Below are positions 8,390 to 16,220 of a stretch of DNA of 54,113 nt, one piece after another. The stretch is from assembly GCA_919902445.1 (NCBI GenBank), contig CAKKQZ010000052.1:1-54113 (forward strand), given 5' to 3'. The position numbers and the translations under genes are program-made. The DNA is from Omnitrophica bacterium GWA2_41_15 (GTDB lineage Bacteria > Omnitrophota > Gorgyraeia > Gygaellales > Profunditerraquicolaceae). How positions within the stretch are numbered: the first letter of the stretch is position 1; each line of letters begins with the position of its first letter. The notes below the pieces were generated by a model. The model had not been told where the DNA came from, searched no databases, and saw only the letters and a list, made by a program, of their open reading frames with translations.

Positions 8390-9193
8390 TTATACTGCGA
8401 CTATCGCAATACCCTTCTTATCTGCCAGCTTAACGCTTTTTTCTTTATCTATAAATAAAGTCTTGCCTGCTTCGATAGCAAGGCACCGGGCATTTGCCTT
8501 AATCAGGCTTCTTACGGTATTTAAACCTACCACGGGTATATCAAAGCGCATATCCTGCTTTGGCTTACTTACCTTGACTATGGTTATGCCTGCGCCACAG
8601 ACCTTTCCAGAACGCTTGATAAGGTTATCCGTCCCTTCCAGTGCCTCAACAGCAACTATTGCTTTATTCTTTACCGCGACTGCCTGGCCTATATCCAGAT
8701 CGGCAATTGCCTTTGCTAAATTCATGCCGAAATGCACATCTTCCCACACATAAAAATCAGGCACGTTTCTTGTAAGCGCGCCTTTCTTAGGCATAAGGCC
8801 TTTAAGGAATATCGTGGAATCTAATAACCGCAGGCCGTATGCTTTTAATTCCTGGGCTATCGCCGTGAATATAGTATCCGCTTTTTTGTCCTTTATGCCG
8901 GAAAGTATCTTTTTTAACTTCGCGTCTTTATCTATCTCTTTGCTAAAAAGGCGGCGAGGGCTTATCTGGCCTGCCATTACTACATTAGTAATGCCTTCCT
9001 TTTTGAATATTTCAAAGATACGGCTGAATTCATCCAGCCTCAGCCAGTAGATTTTATCCACGAAACGCTTTAATACAGGAGAGGTTTCCTTTTTTATGGC
9101 AATAGCCACAATATAATAATCTTTTAGCGAGGCCGCTTGCGAGAAAATGATGGGAAATTTTTTGTTGCCGGCAATTAAGCCGATTTTTTCCAT
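8390..9193 (-). CDS. lpxI: UDP-2,3-diacylglucosamine pyrophosphatase LpxI-like (DUF1009)
   Basis: 267 aa. N-terminal IGLIAGNKKFP. Located in the lpx cluster. Confidence 0.7.
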   Translation of the reverse strand: MEKIGLIAGNKKFPIIFSQAASLKDYYIVAIAIKKETSPVLKRFVDKIYWLRLDEFSRIFEIFKKEGITNVVMAGQISPRRLFSKEIDKDAKLKKILSGIKDKKADTIFTAIAQELKAYGLRLLDSTIFLKGLMPKKGALTRNVPDFYVWEDVHFGMNLAKAIADLDIGQAVAVKNKAIVAVEALEGTDNLIKRSGKVCGAGITIVKVSKPKQDMRFDIPVVGLNTVRSLIKANARCLAIEAGKTLFIDKEKSVKLADKKGIAIVAV

Positions 9194-9205
9194 ATGCTTA
9201 TTCTT

Positions 9206-9282
9206 TAGGGACGTTTCTTAACTTAGCTATAAGGTGTCCCCTACACGGGGACACTTTATAGCTGGCTTGAGAAACGTCCCTA
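9206..9282. repeat. 77-bp palindromic element, TAGGGACG...CGTCCCTA (copy 1)
   Basis: Outer arms TAGGGACGTTTCT/AGAAACGTCCCTA and inner arms GTGTCCCC/GGGGACAC. A second 77-bp copy lies at 30091-30167. Confidence 0.85.
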
Positions 9283-9288
9283 CTTTTA

Positions 9289-10071
9289 CTATTTACGGCA
9301 GGAGTGGGCTATACCGCGTTGCGACTTTTTTATAAAATTGATGAGGTAAGCGATTTCCTGAGTAGGCTCAATCTCTTTCTCAATTTTTTCAAGGGAGTGT
9401 TTTATAGTAAGGCCTTCGTTGAGTAATGCCTTGAAAGCGCGGCCAAGCGAATCTATAGAATCTTTGGAAACTTTTTGCCTCCTTAATCCGACGATATTTA
9501 ATCCGTATACGCGCGCAGGATGGCCATCGCAGGTAGAATACGGAGGAATGTCCTGGGTAACCTTAGAGCATCCTCCGATAATAGAAAGCGTGCCCACCCT
9601 GACAAACTGATGTATGGCAACCAGCCCGCCGACTACAGCTTTGTCTTCGATAGTTACATGGCCCGCAAGCGTGCCGTTGTTGGCAATAACGCAGTTACTG
9701 CCTACAACGCAATCATGCGCAATATGCGAATAGGCCATAAAAAGATTATCGTTTCCGATAACTGTCCTTGAGCCCTCTTCTGTGCCGGGGTTAAATGTGC
9801 AATATTCACGGATTATATTTCCGCTTCCTATATCTAAAAAGACTTTTTCTCCCTTATATTTTAAATCCTGAGTCCGCGACCCAATTACTGCCCCGGTAAA
9901 AATTTCACAGCCGCGCCCTACAGTGGTATTACCCTCTATTAAACAATAGGCGCCGATCTTTGTCTGGCCGCCTATTGCAACAGTGTCACTTATAATAGAG
10001 TAAGGGCCGACTCTGACATCATCGGCCAATTTTGCTTTTTTAGAAACTATTGCTGTCGGGTGAACCTGCAT
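9289..10071 (-). CDS. lpxA: acyl-ACP--UDP-GlcNAc O-acyltransferase
   Basis: 260 aa. Left-handed beta-helix hexapeptide repeats plus a helical C-terminal domain. lpx cluster context. Confidence 0.9.
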   Translation of the reverse strand: MQVHPTAIVSKKAKLADDVRVGPYSIISDTVAIGGQTKIGAYCLIEGNTTVGRGCEIFTGAVIGSRTQDLKYKGEKVFLDIGSGNIIREYCTFNPGTEEGSRTVIGNDNLFMAYSHIAHDCVVGSNCVIANNGTLAGHVTIEDKAVVGGLVAIHQFVRVGTLSIIGGCSKVTQDIPPYSTCDGHPARVYGLNIVGLRRQKVSKDSIDSLGRAFKALLNEGLTIKHSLEKIEKEIEPTQEIAYLINFIKKSQRGIAHSCRK

Positions 10072-10073
10072 AG

Positions 10074-11390
10074 CTAACCTTCTACAAGTGCAAACATCAA
10101 ATCCGCTTCCGCTACCAATTTACCTTCTACAAAGGCCTTACCAAAGACCTGGCCGGTCTTGGATTTTATCCTGCCTGCTTCTACTTCCAAAACTAATTGG
10201 TCCCCGGGAAGGACTGTTCTCCTGAATTTTATATTGTTTGCGGAGAGAAAAAAAGCAAGCTTTCCTCGATTTTCTTCCGGGGCAAGCATCATTACTCCGC
10301 CTACCTGAGCCATTGCTTCGACTATTAAAACCCCGGGCATAACAGGCCTGCCGGGAAAATGCCCCTTAAAAAAATAATCCTCCATTGTCAGGTTCTTGAT
10401 ACCTGTGGCGCGTTTACCCATCTCCAGAGAAACAATTTTATCTATAAACAAGAAGGGGTCGCGGTGCGGGAGTATCTTCTTGATTGCTTCAACATCCAAT
10501 TCCTCTCCGGCAGCAGGATGATATTTTACCCCAATGCCTCCGGCAGAAAACCTCATCTTTTGCTGGCTTAATTTTTTGGCAAGTTTCAAGTTAAGGGAAT
10601 GGCCGCTTCTTAAAGCTATAATATGGCCTTTTAGAGCAGAACCTATAAGATAAAGGTCTCCGATCAAATCCAGCATCTTATGGCGCACAAATTCATTTTC
10701 AAAGCGCAATTTATTTTTTATTACGCCTTTTTTACCTACTACCAGAGTATTTTCATAATTTGCCCCGCGGCCCATGCCATGGCGCTGTAATTCATTCGCC
10801 TCATCTTCAAGGCAGAATGTGCGCGCGGAGGCAATCTCTCTCTTAAACACCTGCGGATTCAAATCCAGTTCCATAAAATCCGTCTTAAGCGCTGAATGAT
10901 TGTAGTTAAGCGTATAAGAAATCCTGAATTCCTCAGATGGCACTGCTATAATTGACGAGCCATCCTCCTCCACAAAGACCGGCTCCCTGATAGAATACTG
11001 CTGCCGTACTTTATCCTGCGCTGCTATGCCTGCTTTCTCGAGAATCTCCAGAAAATTTAAACTGCTCCCATCTAAACCAGGGACTTCGTTATTATCTATT
11101 TCGATATTAATGTTATCTATTGCACGGCCTGCCAAGGCTGCCATAAGGTGTTCTATCGTCTGCACATTAACAGAATCGGTTCCTATGGATGTGCGGCGCG
11201 GGGAAAACTGAGGGGGAAGCAAAGAATCAACGCAGGCTTTTATAACGGGTTTTCCGGGTAAGTCTATACGGATAAAATTAATACCTGAATCTATACCTGC
11301 CGGCTTGAATGTTAAATTAACTTTGTTCGCGGTATGTAAACCGATCCCCTTTAAACTTAATTCTTTTGCAATTGTATTCTGTTTAACCAT
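10074..11390 (-). CDS. lpxC-fabZ: bifunctional LpxC deacetylase / FabZ dehydratase fusion
   Basis: 438 aa. N-terminal LpxC-like region (GIGLHTANKV..., HKMLDLIGDL) and C-terminal FabZ hot-dog (LPHRDPFLFIDKI, GHFPGRPVMPGVL). Confidence 0.9.
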   Translation of the reverse strand: MVKQNTIAKELSLKGIGLHTANKVNLTFKPAGIDSGINFIRIDLPGKPVIKACVDSLLPPQFSPRRTSIGTDSVNVQTIEHLMAALAGRAIDNINIEIDNNEVPGLDGSSLNFLEILEKAGIAAQDKVRQQYSIREPVFVEEDGSSIIAVPSEEFRISYTLNYNHSALKTDFMELDLNPQVFKREIASARTFCLEDEANELQRHGMGRGANYENTLVVGKKGVIKNKLRFENEFVRHKMLDLIGDLYLIGSALKGHIIALRSGHSLNLKLAKKLSQQKMRFSAGGIGVKYHPAAGEELDVEAIKKILPHRDPFLFIDKIVSLEMGKRATGIKNLTMEDYFFKGHFPGRPVMPGVLIVEAMAQVGGVMMLAPEENRGKLAFFLSANNIKFRRTVLPGDQLVLEVEAGRIKSKTGQVFGKAFVEGKLVAEADLMFALVEG

Positions 11391-11461
11391 CGCATTAAAA
11401 TGTCATTGCGAGCAATGACAAAATGATTTGCTAAACCTTGATACATTGACACTAATTTACA

Positions 11462-12487
11462 TTACTTACCTTCTAATTCCTGTATTTTATTCTTAAGTTC
11501 TTTTACCTGCTCATATAACTTCGGAAGATTTTGCACGCATGCATTTATGCGCCTTGCTTTATCATGCTGCCTTGCCGGGTAACCGGATACAATGGTATTA
11601 GGAGGAACCGACTTTGTGACTCCGCCTTGCGCAGCTACTACTGCCCCGTCTCCTATTGTTATGTGCCCGACTATCCCTGCCTGCCCGGCTAAGGTCACGT
11701 TATTTCCTATAATGGTGCTTCCTGAGATTCCTGCCTGCGCTACAATAATAGAGTTCTCGCCAATTACTACATTATGGGCAATCTGGACAAGGTTATCTAT
11801 TTTCGTGCCGCGGCCGATAACTGTTTTATCAAAACGCGCGCGGTCAATAGTTACATTGGCGCCTATCTCTACCTCGTCTCCTATTTCTACTATTCCTATT
11901 TGGGGGATCTTATGATGCAGCCCATTTATCGTAACAAAACCAAAACCATCCGAACCTATCACTGTGCCGCTGTGTATGATTACGCGGCTTCCTATAATTA
12001 CGCGTTCGCGGATAGATACATTCGGGTAAACAAGAGTATCATTTCCTATTTTTGTATGGTGCCCTATAAAACATCCTGAATAAATTATCGACTTATCCCC
12101 TATCGCAACATCATCTTCAATAACCACATAGGGCCCGATAGCGGCACCCTTACCCAGCGATACATTTTTACCTATCAGCGCACTCGGGTGCACCCCTTTA
12201 GGATGCTTAGCCTCATTAGGCGCAGCAAGAGAGATTATCTTAGCGAATGCCAAAGACGGATTCTCCGTGCGGATAGTCGGCTTAGGAACTCTCCCTGCAT
12301 CGCGTGAAGTTATTATTGCGGAGGCGCGTGTAGTATCTATAAGAGAGGAATACTTCGGATTTGCCAGAAAAGTAATGTCTCCTTCGGCTGCCTCTTTTAT
12401 CCCCGCAACTCCGGTAATGACTGTGCTCCCATCGCCGACAACCTCCCCTTCTATAAAATCTGCTATTTCCTTAAGGGTCTTGCGCAT
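11462..12487 (-). CDS. lpxD: UDP-3-O-acylglucosamine N-acyltransferase
   Basis: Hexapeptide-repeat protein with the LpxD N-terminal domain. Start uncertain: MRKTLKE at 12487, or 12499 per the ORF track. No clear SD. Confidence 0.88.
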   Translation of the reverse strand: MRKTLKEIADFIEGEVVGDGSTVITGVAGIKEAAEGDITFLANPKYSSLIDTTRASAIITSRDAGRVPKPTIRTENPSLAFAKIISLAAPNEAKHPKGVHPSALIGKNVSLGKGAAIGPYVVIEDDVAIGDKSIIYSGCFIGHHTKIGNDTLVYPNVSIRERVIIGSRVIIHSGTVIGSDGFGFVTINGLHHKIPQIGIVEIGDEVEIGANVTIDRARFDKTVIGRGTKIDNLVQIAHNVVIGENSIIVAQAGISGSTIIGNNVTLAGQAGIVGHITIGDGAVVAAQGGVTKSVPPNTIVSGYPARQHDKARRINACVQNLPKLYEQVKELKNKIQELEGK

Positions 12488-12488
12488 A

Positions 12489-12639
12489 TTAATGAACACT
12501 TGACTTACGAATACGCTTAGTATGAGTAAGTCAATGTGTGAATTAATCCCCCCTGCATTCTTGCAGAATGCAAGAAGGGGGGATAAGTTCGGCCAGATAA
12601 CTTATGTAGGCTAAAAGCCTCCATAAGTTATGGCCTCAC
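12489..12639 (-). repeat. stop-to-start hairpin cassette (modules D-C-A) between skp and lpxD
   Basis: A 12489-12544 (ACACTTGACTTAC...GTAAGTCAATGTGT), C 12545-12585 (CCCCCC...GGGGGG), D 12586-12639 (GGCCAGATAACTTATG...CATAAGTTATGGCC). Abuts the skp stop codon. Confidence 0.85.
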
Positions 12640-13161
12640 TTATTTCTTATAACCTTTGTTTAGCAAATCCACTATTCTTTCGGTTATATCAAGTTTTTTA
12701 TCCTGATAAACCAGCACCCTGTCGTTGAAAACAAGGGTGTACCCTTCTTTTTCAGAGTATTTATTCACTGTCTCTTCTACGTCTTTAAATATCTCTCTCG
12801 TCTTCTCATCATTCTCTTTACGCAGGTCAGCCTGTTTCTGCCTGTCATTTTCCTGAAAGGTTTTTACTTTTGCTTCCAGGTCAGGCCTTTTTGCTTCCTT
12901 TTCCTTGTCGCTTAATAAATTTACCTTGTCCTGAAAGGCCTTGATATCGCTTACCTTCTTTTCTTTTTCCGCGATATAGGCACTTTCTTTTTCGGTCAAT
13001 ACCTTTTCATACTCCTTAGCTTTATTATATTCGGCGAATATGCGGCTTAAATTAACATATGCGAACTTTCCCTCTGCGGCCGCCTGCCCTGCAAGGCACA
13101 TTAAAACAAAAGCTCCCAAAAAAACTCCTGCCACCTTTCTCATCTTGTTTCCCCTCCTCAA
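12640..13161 (-). CDS. skp: OmpH/Skp periplasmic chaperone
   Basis: 173 aa. Signal peptide followed by a Lys/Glu-rich coiled coil. Positioned between bamA and lpxD. Confidence 0.8.
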   Translation of the reverse strand: MRRGNKMRKVAGVFLGAFVLMCLAGQAAAEGKFAYVNLSRIFAEYNKAKEYEKVLTEKESAYIAEKEKKVSDIKAFQDKVNLLSDKEKEAKRPDLEAKVKTFQENDRQKQADLRKENDEKTREIFKDVEETVNKYSEKEGYTLVFNDRVLVYQDKKLDITERIVDLLNKGYKK

Positions 13162-13300
13162 TTTCCCTCTTTTTCTACCCGGAAATTGATCCCGAGCGAA
13201 ACGAGGGATTAAACTTTCTACCAGTAAATTAATCCCGTTAGAAATTTTGCGTTTGAATTTTTTGTCAATCCGGTATTTCTAATGGGATAAATTCAGCCAT

Positions 13301-13390
13301 CAAACTTACGTTCACTTCCCGCTAATTATGTAATATCGGGCGGGACCCCGCCGTTAACCTAAGTTAGGGTAGCGGGGGTTCCGTAAGTTT
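13301..13390 (+). repeat. ACTTACG hairpin with a CGGGACCCCG double hairpin nested in its loop (inverted orientation)
   Basis: CAAACTTACG-TTCAC-[TTCCCGC...GGGCGGGACCCCGCC...AGCGGGGG]-TTC-CGTAAGTTTG on the plus strand, opposite to the other module-A copies. Confidence 0.75.
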
Positions 13391-13399
13391 GGGCTTCAT

Positions 13400-15847
13400 T
13401 TAGAATCCATGGCTTGCGCTGAAGTGGAATCTTCCGCTGTTTTTATCATCTTCGCCAGGGGCTTTATTTAAGGGTATGCCGTAATCAAGCATTATCGGGC
13501 CGATGGGGGTTTTAAGCCGAAGCCCCAAACCAATACCTGATTTAAAACCGCCTGTTTCCTTAACACCGTTTGCGTCTTCCGACGAACCGAGATCGCCTAA
13601 CTTTGACCACACATTTCCTACGTCATAAAATGCAGCCACTTTAAGAAAGTTGAATAAAGGATACGTATACTCGATATTGCCGATAGCCATAGAATTTCCG
13701 CCTAACGGGTCCTTTGACGCGGGGTCAATAGGGCCTAATGACCTTTCCTCGTAACCTCTTACCGAGGAAGCGCCGCCTGCAAAGAATCTTTCGTATATCG
13801 GTATACGCTCGGTATTTGCGTAGGCAGCGGCTAAACCTACCCTCCCCCTTATCTCCAGGACAGAATTTAAAGGCATTGGGAAATAATGCGAAGCGCGGCC
13901 GAAAAATTTCCAGAAATCCTTATCCCCTGCTAACGGCCCGCCGGCCCATTGGACTGAACCATTAAAGTAATCGCCTTTTCTTGGGTCAAAGACATTATCG
14001 CGGCTGTCAAAGGTAAGGCCGGGAGAAATACTGCTGACTGTATTCTTCCCAACTTCCTGCTTTAAGTCATTTGTGGCATTATCAGTTATGTTAGAGATAT
14101 CAATCTCTTCAATCTTGTACATCAAATCAGACCTTAAATATTCGCTTATTTCTTTGCCCAGGCGAAGGTCCCCCCCGGTAATTTTTTCATCATAACCGTA
14201 ACCAACATCGGAATCCCTTTTACGCTCGCGCCTGTAGGCGTCAAAACCAAAAGATACAGGATAATCAAAAATCCAGGGCTCTGTAAAACTTAAATCAAAG
14301 CCGCTGCTGACAGTTCCGAATGAAGCGCGGAATTTCAAATTTTGCCCGCCTCCGGTAAAATAAGGAAAATTCTTCCAATCAAAATTCTTCTGCTCTACCT
14401 CTACAAACCCTACGAACTGGTCAACCGTACTGTAACCTCCGCCAAAGCTAAAAGACCCGGTCTTTGTTTCCTTCACCTCAACTATCAAATCTTTTTTATC
14501 AGGCAGATTTGTATCCTCGGTATCGTAACTGACCTCTTCAAAGAACCCTAAGTTCTGCAGCCTCTCCTTGCTGCGGCGAAGTTTTTCTCCGTCAAATTTT
14601 TCTCCGGGACGAATCCTTAATTCACGGCGTATAATCACGTCTTTGGTCTTTACGTTCCCCCTTATCTTAACCTTAGCCACATAAGCAACTTCATTTTCAG
14701 TAATGTTGTAGGCGATATCCACGCGCCCGGTCTGCGAGTTAACAGAAGTTGTATCCTGAATTTGGGCAGATATGTATCCTTTATCAAAATACAGGCCATG
14801 GATACTGGCGGCATCGCTCTTTAGCGCTTCATCGCTGAAAACCTTACCCGGGATACACTCTTTAAGCGTAGCCAGTATCTCCTTCTCAGGAATTTCCTTA
14901 TTACCTTGTATAGTTACATTGCCGGCCAGATATTTTTTACCCTCCTGTATCTTTATGTAGATGTATAAAGAATAGGTTTTTTTGGCATCCGGCTTGACTT
15001 CATAATTAACCACTGCGTCGGTAAAGCCGCCTCTGGTGTAGAAAGACTTTATACGCTCAATATCCTCCTTTAATACCTCATCCTTCAGGACCCCTGCGTT
15101 AAAAATCCATGCGCGTTTTGTCTTCAGTAATTTTAGGATGCGTTTTTTTGGAAACGCCTTATTCCCTTCTACAGCTATATCTTTAATCCTTACCTTCTTG
15201 CCCTCCAGGGCACTAAATTCTACTTTTGCTTTATTAGTTTCTTTGTTTAGGTCGGCCTTGTAAGTTATCTGCGCTTGGCTAAAGCCCATTTTTTCATATA
15301 ACTTCTCAAGCGTGCGCACATCTTCGGTTAAATTCGGATAATCCAGATACTGCGTTTCTTTGGATTTAAGCATCCCTTTTAGTTTCTCATCCTTCATGGT
15401 AATGCGGTACATTCCGGAAAAACCAATCTTTTCTATGATGGGCCTTTCTACAACCGTGAGGATGATTTTTACGCCGTCTTTGTAATTTTGCGTATCTATT
15501 TTTATGTCGCTAAAATACCCCAGAAGGTAAAGCCGCTTTAAATCATCGCTAACAACATTCTCCTGATAAGGGCTGCCTATGCGGGTCTTCATCTTCGAAA
15601 CAATAGTATTGGTGCTTATGTTCTTATTCCCCTTTACATCTATTCCGGTAACTAATTTTAAGCCTTCGGGTGTTTGCGCTTCGATGGATTCCTGCGATTT
15701 TACTTCGGAGGCAACAGGGGAAGATTCGTCTGGTGGGGATTGCGCGAATACGCTTATACTGCTCCCTAATATTAAAAAAATTGAGAAAAACGTGGAAATT
15801 TTCTTACGCATTGTTGTTATTATATATGAATTGCCCGAGGTAAGCAA
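13400..15847 (-). CDS. bamA: outer-membrane protein assembly factor BamA
   Basis: 815 aa. Signal peptide, POTRA repeats, C-terminal beta-barrel ending ...SASHGF. Start is either TTG at 15847 (AGGAG 8 nt upstream) or ATG at 15811. Confidence 0.92.
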   Translation of the reverse strand: MLTSGNSYIITTMRKKISTFFSIFLILGSSISVFAQSPPDESSPVASEVKSQESIEAQTPEGLKLVTGIDVKGNKNISTNTIVSKMKTRIGSPYQENVVSDDLKRLYLLGYFSDIKIDTQNYKDGVKIILTVVERPIIEKIGFSGMYRITMKDEKLKGMLKSKETQYLDYPNLTEDVRTLEKLYEKMGFSQAQITYKADLNKETNKAKVEFSALEGKKVRIKDIAVEGNKAFPKKRILKLLKTKRAWIFNAGVLKDEVLKEDIERIKSFYTRGGFTDAVVNYEVKPDAKKTYSLYIYIKIQEGKKYLAGNVTIQGNKEIPEKEILATLKECIPGKVFSDEALKSDAASIHGLYFDKGYISAQIQDTTSVNSQTGRVDIAYNITENEVAYVAKVKIRGNVKTKDVIIRRELRIRPGEKFDGEKLRRSKERLQNLGFFEEVSYDTEDTNLPDKKDLIVEVKETKTGSFSFGGGYSTVDQFVGFVEVEQKNFDWKNFPYFTGGGQNLKFRASFGTVSSGFDLSFTEPWIFDYPVSFGFDAYRRERKRDSDVGYGYDEKITGGDLRLGKEISEYLRSDLMYKIEEIDISNITDNATNDLKQEVGKNTVSSISPGLTFDSRDNVFDPRKGDYFNGSVQWAGGPLAGDKDFWKFFGRASHYFPMPLNSVLEIRGRVGLAAAYANTERIPIYERFFAGGASSVRGYEERSLGPIDPASKDPLGGNSMAIGNIEYTYPLFNFLKVAAFYDVGNVWSKLGDLGSSEDANGVKETGGFKSGIGLGLRLKTPIGPIMLDYGIPLNKAPGEDDKNSGRFHFSASHGF

Positions 15848-15858
15848 GAAAAAAACTC

Positions 15859-16220
15859 CTATTCAATGCGGGCGATGTTTTCAAATCTTGTATATTCTTT
15901 GATAAATGAGCGCATAACTTATGGAACGATAGTGAACATAAGTTATTACGCGAATTAATCCTTGACACGTAAGGTTCAAATCTTAATGTCATCGAATTCG
16001 TGTCAAGCATAACCTTGTTACTCAATGCGGGCGATGTTTTCAAACCTTGTATATTCTTTGATAAATGAGCGCATAACTTATGGAATGATAGTAAACATAA
16101 GTTATTGCGCGAATTTTGAGCACACAAAGTTTCTATTAGCGAAATCCCGCGTAAGCGGGGACCCTTGACACGTAAGATTCAAATCTTAATGTCGTCGAAT
16201 TCGTGTCAAGCATAACCTTG
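15859..16220 (-). repeat. two tandem units, each a 52-bp copy of the dnaB 3' end plus hairpin modules
   Basis: dnaB tail copies at 15859-15910 and 16018-16069 match 16221-16272 at 51/52 and 50/52. Interleaved modules: A (15911-15956, 16070-16114), B (16116-16160), E (15962-16017, 16164-16220). Confidence 0.9.

Noticed and set aside
15804-16127. 107-aa minus-strand ORF in the dnaB-bamA spacer.
   Set aside because: Its sequence is internally duplicated only because it reads through the tandem repeat units (dnaB-tail copies plus modules). There is no RBS and the composition is implausible.
16116-16160. Possible CRISPR array, because module B (also at 18080-18124 and 29437-29481) resembles a CRISPR repeat on the minus strand (hairpin plus ...AAUAGAAAC).
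   Set aside because: The copies are solitary and kilobases apart, with no repeat-spacer periodicity and no cas genes in the window. They are embedded at a fixed position inside the hairpin cassette. Kept only as a repeat module.
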